DNA of 64,000 nt, taken from contig JBGSJG010000001.1 of assembly GCA_041742135.1 (NCBI GenBank), positions 3,151-67,150 on the forward strand, written 5' to 3'. The stretch is from Patescibacteria group bacterium (GTDB taxonomy: Bacteria; Patescibacteriota; Microgenomatia; UBA8517). The translations under genes and the position numbers were made by a program. This document shows positions 56,937 to 64,000 of this stretch, piece after piece. Each line of letters opens with the position of its first letter. Positions within the stretch are counted from its first letter, which is position 1. Below the pieces are notes generated by a model. That model searched no databases. It was not told the origin of the DNA and saw only the letters and a list, made by a program, of their open reading frames with translations.

Positions 56937-57609
56937 TTGCCTCCTTAGCTACTTCAACCACTTCTGGTTCCTGCTTCTCTGAGATTCTTCTAATTATGAG
57001 GAGTGATCCGGGAACTCCTGGGACAGGCCCTGAAAGATGAAGTTCATTTTGATCAGGGTCCACTGCAACTACATGAAGATTTTTTACACTGATTGTTTCA
57101 TTACCCATTCTTCCAGCCATTCTTTTGCCTTTCCACACACGCCCCGGGCTTGTTCCTTGGCCGATTGATCCTGGTGCTCGGTGACGGTCCGACTGGCCGT
57201 GAGTCTTTGGGCCTCCGGCAAAGCCGTGTCGCTTCATGCCTCCTGCGAAACCTTTACCTTTAGAGACTCCGGTAACAGAGACTGTGTCTCCGACCGTAAA
57301 TATGTCAGAAACTTTGACAACATCGCCAGCCTTTTCAGTAGGCTCCGCATACACTCTTACCTCACGCAAAAAACGAGGGGCCTTGTTTTCGTGAATGGCC
57401 CCTTTTAAATGTCCTTGTAGTGGCTTGGTAATGTTTTTAATTCTTTTAGTACCCATACCAAGCTGAACTCCGAAGTATCCGTCAGTAGCTTCAGTTTTAA
57501 CTTGGGTGACAACGCAAGGCCCAGCGTTTATTACACTCACTGGTACACGATTGTTATCCACAAACGCTTGTGTCATTTTTGCTTTTGTGCCTAAAATTGT
57601 ATTCAACAT
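56926..57609 (-). CDS. rplC: 50S ribosomal protein L3
   Basis: GFAGGMKRHGFAGGPKTHGQSDRHRAPGSIG. Confidence 0.95.
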   Translation of the reverse strand: MLNTILGTKAKMTQAFVDNNRVPVSVINAGPCVVTQVKTEATDGYFGVQLGMGTKRIKNITKPLQGHLKGAIHENKAPRFLREVRVYAEPTEKAGDVVKVSDIFTVGDTVSVTGVSKGKGFAGGMKRHGFAGGPKTHGQSDRHRAPGSIGQGTSPGRVWKGKRMAGRMGNETISVKNLHVVAVDPDQNELHLSGPVPGVPGSLLIIRRISEKQEPEVVEVAKEANES

Positions 57610-57625
57610 ATTAGTAACTTAATCC

Positions 57626-57649
57626 AAAAAAACAGCGCCCGAAGGCGCT
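57626..57649 (-). promoter_or_regulatory. leader hairpin plus U-run (terminator/attenuator-like) 17 nt upstream of rplC start
   Basis: Minus-strand AGCGCC-TTCG-GGCGCT followed by TTTTTTT; lies downstream of the promoter below, so within rplC 5' UTR. Confidence 0.55.
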
Positions 57650-57708
57650 AGCTAGCTTCCTTCAAACTAAACTTCGAGGTTACGGGCTAATCCACCTCAT
57701 GTGAGAGG

Positions 57709-57737
57709 ATTATATCAAATGAGGGGAGCTTAGGCAA
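57709..57737 (-). promoter_or_regulatory. sigma70-like promoter TTGCCT-17-TATAAT for the rplC-led ribosomal operon
   Basis: Minus-strand cTTGCCTaagctcccctcatttgaTATAATc; -35 at 57732-57737, -10 at 57709-57714. Confidence 0.55.
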
Positions 57738-57747
57738 GAAATACTCA

Positions 57748-58230
57748 CTAACAGAATAACAACCCAAGAGTTTTGTGGATTTCTTCACGAGATCCTTGTA
57801 AGGCGCATAGACCGTCAACTTTTTTCACTAACCTTGGAGCTGTTTCCTGAAGTTTCCTAATCCTATCTCCCCTGTTTAGTCCCTCGTTATCTGGTTCAAT
57901 GAACTGACCTGGAGTCAGACATAATATTTCACCGTCTTTTCTCAGCGCATATGTGTGGTACATTGGCTTACCTCCATCTCTCGACACGACAGCACCAGTG
58001 CTTATCTCAAACCCATATGGCAAAACATTGAGGGCTCGAGCCCAAAACCCGCACACAGGCATCTCACCATACTCCCTCTTGTTAAGATCAAATGCTGCTA
58101 AATAGTCCGGGAAGGCTGACAGGTTTTTTCTTCTATCAATTCTTTCCTCTTCCATGGCACCAACAATAGTATCCCGATTCTCAATAATCCAAGTATCAAC
58201 AGATAAAAGTCTTTCAGCGTTGAGTGACAT
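57748..58230 (-). CDS. hypothetical protein inserted between rpsJ and rplC
   Basis: 160-aa ORF, no recognisable family; interrupts universally adjacent S10-L3 pair. Confidence 0.45.
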   Translation of the reverse strand: MSLNAERLLSVDTWIIENRDTIVGAMEEERIDRRKNLSAFPDYLAAFDLNKREYGEMPVCGFWARALNVLPYGFEISTGAVVSRDGGKPMYHTYALRKDGEILCLTPGQFIEPDNEGLNRGDRIRKLQETAPRLVKKVDGLCALQGSREEIHKTLGLLFC

Positions 58231-58285
58231 AACAATATATTATCTCAGAAACATGGGGTAAAATGCAAAAAACTATAGGGGAAGA

Positions 58286-58594
58286 TTACATCTTCACTTC
58301 AATCGATACTCCTGCTGGGAGATCGAGATTAGAAAGCATGTCAATTGTGCGCTCCGAGGGGTCTAAAATATCGATAAGTCTTTTGTGAACCAAAATTTCA
58401 AAATGTTCTTGGGCGTCTTTATGCTTAAAGGGCGACTCAAGTGTAGGGATAATTGTTCGCTTGGTTGGAAGAGGAATAGGACCGATAATTTTAGCACCAG
58501 AAGCCATAGCGCTGTCGAGAATTTTCGCAGCTGCTTCGTCTATGACCCTGTGGTCGTAGCTTTTTAGCTTAACTCTTAGTCTGCCTGCTGGCAT
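58286..58594 (-). CDS. rpsJ: 30S ribosomal protein S10
   Basis: RLRVKLKSYDHRVIDEAAAKI... Confidence 0.95.
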   Translation of the reverse strand: MPAGRLRVKLKSYDHRVIDEAAAKILDSAMASGAKIIGPIPLPTKRTIIPTLESPFKHKDAQEHFEILVHKRLIDILDPSERTIDMLSNLDLPAGVSIEVKM

Positions 58595-58636
58595 ATATCG
58601 GTTCCTTTAATGTGCTTGCCGCTTACGCGGTGGGGA

Positions 58637-59833
58637 TTATTTAAGAATCTTGGCAATGGCTCCTGCCCCAACAGTGTGGCCACCTTCACGAATTGCAAAT
58701 CTCATACCTTCTTCCAAAGCGACTGGGACAATAAGTTTCACAGTCATCTTGGCGGAATCCCCCGGCATAATCATCTCAACACCTTCCTGCAGTATTACTT
58801 CACCTGTGATGTCAGCAGTTCGGATAAAGAACTGAGGCTTATAACCTGTAAAGAATGGCGAATGGCGTCCACCCTCGTCTTTGCTTAGAATATAAACTTC
58901 TGCTTCAAATTCTGTGTGAGGTGTAATTGAGCCTGGCTTAGCTAAAACTTGTCCGCGCTCGACATCGTCTTTCTCTTTACCTCTCAAAAGAACTCCTACG
59001 TTGTCACCAGCTTGTGTTTCATCAAGTGTCTTTCTAAACATTTCAAGACCTGTAACTGTAACTTTCTCTGTGGCCTTAAGTCCAACGATTTCAACTTCCT
59101 CGTTTACCTTCAAAACTCCGCGCTCAACTCTGCCTGTGACGACTGTACCTCGACCCTTGATCGAGAAAACATCCTCGACAGACATCAAAAATGGCTTGTC
59201 TGTTTCGCGAGCTGGCTCCGGAATATACTCATCGACCTTGTTCATAAGCTCCATAATCTGCTTTTCAGCTTCAGGGTCACCTTCCAAAGCCTTTAGAGCA
59301 CTCCCACGAATTACTGGAATCTCATCTCCTGGGAATTCATATTTCTTGAGAAGATCGCGTACATCTTGCTCAACCAAATCGACGATTTCAGGATCATCAA
59401 CTGTGTCGACTTTGTTAAGAAAGACAACCAATGCTGGGACGTTGACCTGTCTGGCCAAAATAACGTGTTCACGAGTCTGAGGCATAGGACCGTCTGCAGC
59501 AGAGATGACAAGAATAGCTCCGTCCATCTGAGCCGCACCGGTGATCATGTTCTTAATATAATCGGCGTGTCCTGGGGCATCGATGTGAGCATAATGCCTT
59601 TTCTCTGTTTCGTATTCAATGTGAGTAATATTGATTGTGACTCCACGCTCTTTTTCTTCAGGAGCATTGTCAATTTCATCAAATCTGTAAGCTTTATTTC
59701 CGGGAACGTGCTTGGAGAGAACTGTTGAAATAGCTGCAGTTAAAGTGGTTTTACCATGATCAACGTGACCAATGGTGCCAATATTAACGTGTGGCTTGGT
59801 TCTGTTAAATTTCTGCTTTGTGTCAGCGGCCAT
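58637..59833 (-). CDS. tuf: elongation factor Tu
   Basis: [22 protein letters not shown] motifs. Confidence 0.97.
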   Translation of the reverse strand: MAADTKQKFNRTKPHVNIGTIGHVDHGKTTLTAAISTVLSKHVPGNKAYRFDEIDNAPEEKERGVTINITHIEYETEKRHYAHIDAPGHADYIKNMITGAAQMDGAILVISAADGPMPQTREHVILARQVNVPALVVFLNKVDTVDDPEIVDLVEQDVRDLLKKYEFPGDEIPVIRGSALKALEGDPEAEKQIMELMNKVDEYIPEPARETDKPFLMSVEDVFSIKGRGTVVTGRVERGVLKVNEEVEIVGLKATEKVTVTGLEMFRKTLDETQAGDNVGVLLRGKEKDDVERGQVLAKPGSITPHTEFEAEVYILSKDEGGRHSPFFTGYKPQFFIRTADITGEVILQEGVEMIMPGDSAKMTVKLIVPVALEEGMRFAIREGGHTVGAGAIAKILK

Positions 59834-59895
59834 ATATGTATTATAAGTATTTTCTGGGCAAATTCAACTCCCGATTTCATCTCAGGATAAATGCA

Positions 59896-59924
59896 AGTAT
59901 ATTGAGGCCAAATAATTCTGTCAA
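59896..59924 (-). promoter_or_regulatory. sigma70-like promoter TTGACA-17-TATACT upstream of tuf
   Basis: Minus-strand cTTGACAgaattatttggcctcaaTATACTtgc; also TATAAT immediately before the tuf ATG. Confidence 0.5.
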
Positions 59925-59944
59925 GAGCTAAATTTGGTTAACGC

Positions 59945-60541
59945 CTAAGCATCCATGTGATCATAATCGGCCATGGACCATGAGGGGTATTCGCTGTATT
60001 TTGGAGCTAGAAGTTCGAGAGATCCCGTTGCGTTGGCTGGTACGAACAGTCTTGCATCTATGTATCTATCCTGGTGAGCATATGGGGCATGCTCAATCGA
60101 GCCAAAAAACGGCGTGTAAAGCGATGGGTAGTAGCAAATACTTACCGGCGTAGCCTGCACGCCTGTAGGATCAAAGATTAATCTTGTTTCTGGCATCGTG
60201 CCTGCTTCACCACTCGGCCCGACAAGCTCGAGCCAACAATGCGAGCTTGTCAGTGCCCACACCAGCCGCCTATCGGCCACAGAAGCTGGCAAGCTTCCTT
60301 CCGACAGAGCAACCATTGCTTGATTAAAAAAGCTTTCGCAATATTTTGGCCTCCAGTACTGACCGGTGGACCGATAAAGACCTTCCAAATAGCCAACGAT
60401 CGGTGTATCTGCCAATAATTGAGGGGTGAAAAATCCTAAATACTCTTCAAATGGAGGCATGTGGGTTGCCAAATAATCGGCAGGTAAATCTCGTTGGGTA
60501 TATACGATCTGGTCATAACCGGGGTGAACCGTTTCTACCAT
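59945..60541 (-). CDS. hypothetical protein inserted between fusA and tuf, locally higher GC
   Basis: 198-aa ORF, Trp/Tyr/Pro-rich, no family recognised; region noticeably more GC-rich than flanks. Confidence 0.45.
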   Translation of the reverse strand: MVETVHPGYDQIVYTQRDLPADYLATHMPPFEEYLGFFTPQLLADTPIVGYLEGLYRSTGQYWRPKYCESFFNQAMVALSEGSLPASVADRRLVWALTSSHCWLELVGPSGEAGTMPETRLIFDPTGVQATPVSICYYPSLYTPFFGSIEHAPYAHQDRYIDARLFVPANATGSLELLAPKYSEYPSWSMADYDHMDA

Positions 60542-60552
60542 GAAGTCAAAAA

Positions 60553-62718
60553 TTACGCAGCGTTCGCCATACCACGCTTGGCGATAATGTTTTCAGTGAT
60601 ATTCTTGGGTACTTCCTCATAGTGGGAAGGCTCCATGTAAAAGCTTGCACGCCCTTGGGTGATGGAACGTAGTGTTGTTGCATAACCACTCATTTCCGCA
60701 AGTGGCACAGTTGCGTTTATCGCCGTAAATATGCCTTTTTGTTCAGTTCCAGAGATTTGTGCGCGCTTACTGCTTAAGTCCCCGATGATGTCTCCCATGA
60801 AGTCTTCTGGTGTAGAAACTTCAACTTTCATAATAGGCTCAAGCATTACCATATCAGCTTGGCGTGCCGCGGTTTCAACTGCCATCGATCCCGCGATCTT
60901 AAAGGCAATTTCAGACGAGTCGACATCGTGGTAGGATCCATCAAAAACGGTGACTTTAAGATCCACCATCGGGAACCCTGCCAAGATTCCGTTTTCAAGC
61001 TTTTCAACTACACCCTTTTGAATTGGTGAAATGTATTCTTGAGGAATTGCGCCACCTTTAATTGCAGAAATAAACTCAAAACCTTCACCCCTACCTTTAG
61101 GCTCAACTTTGAGCCAACAATGGCCATACTGCCCGCGGCCACCGGTTTGCCTGATATACTTGCCTTCACCTTCGGCATTTTTCTTAATTGTTTCTTTGTA
61201 AGCAACTTGCGGGGCACCGATTGACGCTTCAACGTTAAATTCACGTTTCATGCGATCTACTAACACTTCAAGCTGAAGCTCTCCCATTCCCGAGATTATG
61301 GTTTGGGCAGTTTCTGGGTTACTTTTAATCTTAAAAGTTGGATCTTCGTCCGAAAGCTTGTTTAGTGCCAAGCCCATTTTCTCTTGATCTGTTTTAGTTT
61401 TAGGCTCAATTGCAAGAGAGATAACCGGCTCTGGAAATTCTATCGACTCCAAGAGAATTGGATGCGCCGGGTCACTAATTGAGTCTCCAGTTGAAGTGTC
61501 TCGAACTCCCACAACAGCCACGATTTCTCCTGCATAAGCTTCGTCAATAAGCTCCCTTTGATCAGCATGCATAAGAACGAGCTTTCCAATACGCTCAGAA
61601 GTTTGTTTACTTACGTTATACACGGCCTGGCCCGCCTTTACAGTCCCTGAATAAATTCGCATATAAACCAAGCGGCCTACGTGAGGGTCTGTTATGACCT
61701 TAAAGCCCAGTGCCGCGAGCGGCTCTTTGTTGTCGGTTTTGCGCTCTTCTTCAGCACCGGTTTTAGGATTAGTACCTTTGATTGACGGGACATCAATAGG
61801 AGAGGGCAAATACTCAACAACTGCATCAAGCATAAGCTGCACGGTTGCTGTCCTGTTGTCTCCACCCAAAATCGGGAAAAACTTGACGGCAATCACACCT
61901 TTTCTGATGGCTTTTTTAATGTCTGCCTCAGATAATTCCGCGCCTTCAAGATATTTTTGCAAAACCTCGTCGTCAAACTCAGCAACTTTTTCGATTAATT
62001 CCTCGCGGTACTTTTTGGCCGCTTCGAGCATATCTGCCGGAATTTCTTCTTCGGTAAGCTTGTTATCCTCAATAGCGGCATAGGTATAAGCCTTCATACG
62101 GAGAAGGTCCACCACTCCACGGTGGGCGTGTTCCTGCCCTATCGGCAAAATTACAGGGTGAGCATTAGCTCCAAGCCTGTCATGAATTGATTTGATGCTA
62201 CTTTCAAAATCCGCACCTATTAAATTAAGTTTGTTTAAAACACAAATGCGTGGAACGTGATAACGATCTGCTTGTCTCCAAACAGTTTCAGATTGGGACT
62301 CAACACCTGTTCTGCCATCAAACACCATAACTGCGCCATCCAAAACTCGAAGTGATCTTTCAACTTCAGCCGTAAAGTCAATGTGCCCGGGAGTGTCAAT
62401 TATGTTTATTCGATAATGTCCATTTTCAACTGAAGATGGTGACTGCAAATCCCAAAAGGTGGTAATGGCTGCAGAGACAATAGTAATTCCACGCTCGCGC
62501 TCCTGCTCCATCCAGTCGGTCGCGGTTGTTCCATCATCAACGGACCCCAACTTATAAGTCTTACCAGTTTCATACAAAATGCGCTCTGTGGTTGTGGTTT
62601 TACCGGCATCAATGTGAGCGATAATGCCGATATTTCGGATCTTTTCAAAAGGCACCAAGCGATCCTTGGTAATCGTACTGACGATGGCTGATTTTTTCTT
62701 GGTGACTTGTGCTGGCAT
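60553..62718 (-). CDS. fusA: elongation factor G
   Basis: [28 protein letters not shown] GTPase motifs; 5 domains. Confidence 0.97.
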   Translation of the reverse strand: MPAQVTKKKSAIVSTITKDRLVPFEKIRNIGIIAHIDAGKTTTTERILYETGKTYKLGSVDDGTTATDWMEQERERGITIVSAAITTFWDLQSPSSVENGHYRINIIDTPGHIDFTAEVERSLRVLDGAVMVFDGRTGVESQSETVWRQADRYHVPRICVLNKLNLIGADFESSIKSIHDRLGANAHPVILPIGQEHAHRGVVDLLRMKAYTYAAIEDNKLTEEEIPADMLEAAKKYREELIEKVAEFDDEVLQKYLEGAELSEADIKKAIRKGVIAVKFFPILGGDNRTATVQLMLDAVVEYLPSPIDVPSIKGTNPKTGAEEERKTDNKEPLAALGFKVITDPHVGRLVYMRIYSGTVKAGQAVYNVSKQTSERIGKLVLMHADQRELIDEAYAGEIVAVVGVRDTSTGDSISDPAHPILLESIEFPEPVISLAIEPKTKTDQEKMGLALNKLSDEDPTFKIKSNPETAQTIISGMGELQLEVLVDRMKREFNVEASIGAPQVAYKETIKKNAEGEGKYIRQTGGRGQYGHCWLKVEPKGRGEGFEFISAIKGGAIPQEYISPIQKGVVEKLENGILAGFPMVDLKVTVFDGSYHDVDSSEIAFKIAGSMAVETAARQADMVMLEPIMKVEVSTPEDFMGDIIGDLSSKRAQISGTEQKGIFTAINATVPLAEMSGYATTLRSITQGRASFYMEPSHYEEVPKNITENIIAKRGMANAA

Positions 62719-62788
62719 ATCCGCTTACAAAAATAATCCCCTCACTGGGGAACTCAATTGTATCAAGCGAGCGTGGTAAAATCAATAA

Positions 62789-63073
62789 ATGAAAGAGCAT
62801 CTCACACGAATGATCTCCTTATTGATAGTTTGTCTGATTCTCTTCGTTGTGTGGGAGTTTTTGCTGTTTCTGAGAGTCGTACCTAGCACACTTAACCATC
62901 GCACAATCTCAAATTGCGAAAGCGCTCAATGCTTCCTTGGAACTACATGTGTTAATGATAAAAAATTATACGTACTCCGAGACACTGGCTTCATGGGCAC
63001 CTCACCATCAGAAACATATAGCTGTATATCTTGGATAGAAAATGGATTAATTAGCTTGGGTATTAAGCAATGA
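62789..63073 (+). CDS. small N-terminally membrane-anchored Cys-containing protein (paralog 1)
   Basis: TM helix ISLLIVCLILFVVWEFLLFL then Cys-containing domain with LYxxxDxGFMxT...C..W. Confidence 0.4.
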   Translation: MKEHLTRMISLLIVCLILFVVWEFLLFLRVVPSTLNHRTISNCESAQCFLGTTCVNDKKLYVLRDTGFMGTSPSETYSCISWIENGLISLGIKQ

Positions 63074-63339
63074 AATCAAACAATAAACATAATCAACTCG
63101 CTTTAATTTTTTTCTTCTTTATTGCGACATTTACCGTCTTGTCTTGGCAATTATATCTTTATTTTGCTTTCAATAAATCTTTTCTATCCACATGTCCGTT
63201 TGGAATGGTAGAAGTTAAGCAAACAAACAACGAGGCTGGTTTGTACAGGTTCCATGCTCCATATGGATTTATGGAAACAAATAGATGTAACGCGTGGATG
63301 ACTCCGGCCTTTGAGGCTTTTGGTATACAGCCATTTTAG
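63070..63339 (+). CDS. small N-terminally membrane-anchored Cys-containing protein (paralog 2)
   Basis: TM helix LALIFFFFIATFTVLSW then LYRFHAPYGFMETNRCNAW matching paralog 1 pattern; 4-nt overlap with paralog 1. Confidence 0.4.
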   Translation: MKSNNKHNQLALIFFFFIATFTVLSWQLYLYFAFNKSFLSTCPFGMVEVKQTNNEAGLYRFHAPYGFMETNRCNAWMTPAFEAFGIQPF

Positions 63340-63385
63340 CAATTTACCACGGTTCGTATTATATATTACAACCACAGAGGCCAAG

Positions 63386-64000
63386 TGCCGTTCATTTGCT
63401 GTGGATGGTATAATTGTTTCTGTGACAGAGAAAAAAACTCTCTTTAGTCGCAAAATCTTCGCAATTTTCTTTGCATTTTTGGCATTTCAGCTCCTGTTTT
63501 TCCCTTTTTATAACAACCAATTTGGCCACATAGCGGTTCCTATCTTTGGCACGATCGGATTTTTTTTGACAATACTTTCTGCCAACTTATCAAATTTAAT
63601 TATCGTACAAGGCAGAAGGTCTAGAATGTTTCTTGCTTCGGCTGCGTTCTCGGTTTTGTGTGCTGGCCTAAGTTTGTTTCGCGCAAGCACGATCGACAAC
63701 ATCCTGCTTTCATTTTTGTCTCTGCTTTGGTGGGTAATATCTTATTATCTTGCTATCGCTCCGAAATCTTTAGACTCACTTAGTAGCGTCCTCTTAGTTC
63801 CTATTGGAATTTTTAATTCTTGGGTCAAGGCCTCACAAATGCTTATATCTAAAGCTTCAAAACTTAAATCCTCCCAGTCAAAAATTAACTTCAGGTTTTT
63901 AATGTTGGCAATTGGCATTGTGATTACGATCCCTGTGGCGACAGTTATTATTCTTCTTTTGTCCTCTGCCGATCCGGTATTTCGCTTCTATGTTGAGAGG
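63386..64000 (+). CDS. polytopic membrane protein, partial (runs off window end); not in ORF track because no stop
   Basis: Open frame from GTG 63386 (or GTG 63401/63422) to window end; multiple hydrophobic helices (IFAIFFAFLAFQLLFF, MLAIGIVITIPVATVIILLL). Confidence 0.4.

Noticed and set aside
63508-63702. 64-aa minus-strand ORF
   Set aside because: It sits antisense inside a much longer open frame encoding a coherent multi-helix membrane protein that runs off the window end. The plus-strand reading is preferred.

Overview
The window reads as a small-genome, moderately low-GC bacterium. The long minus-strand S10-spc-alpha ribosomal block has no L30 gene between S5 and L15, and several multidomain proteins are reduced (archaeal-length AspRS, truncated Rel, RNase Y without N-terminal anchor). 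Together these suggest Patescibacteria/CPR, as an inference only. The backbone (about 9.2-62.7 kb) carries housekeeping genes on the minus strand: gltX, aspS, rel, recJ, cca, secDF, dtd, miaA, hup, rny, recA-recX, a MacAB-like pump, rpsI-rplM-rplQ-rpoA-rpsD-rpsK-rpsM-rpmJ-infA-map-adk-secY-rplO...rplC, rpsJ, tuf and fusA. A type-A RNase P RNA was found by eye at 27661-27992 (minus). Two tRNAs were found, tRNA-Gln(CUG) at 9108-9176 (minus) and tRNA-Pro(GGG) at 36042-36112 (minus). The most unusual part is the first ~9.1 kb. It is a markedly AT-richer block (roughly mid-30s % GC by eye, against mid/upper-40s for the backbone) that ends exactly at the 3' end of tRNA-Gln. It is packed with nucleotide house-cleaning and nucleoside-processing domains: three Nudix, Ham1/ITPase, two YjjX-type ITPase domains in novel fusions, CYTH, two nucleoside-2-deoxyribosyltransferase-like domains, ASCH, a KNTase-like nucleotidyltransferase, an APH-fold kinase, a cytidylyltransferase, GT2 and SDR. 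It looks like a horizontally acquired nucleotide-processing island of unknown function. Other oddities: a duplicated tRNA-Gln 5' fragment; a GC-rich ~320-nt non-coding stretch with an SD-led sORF; tandem 36-bp repeats that copy the tRNA-Pro 3' end; foreign ORFs inserted between rpsJ and rplC and between fusA and tuf, each with its own downstream promoter; and a low-GC tail with tandem paralogous small Cys-containing membrane proteins.
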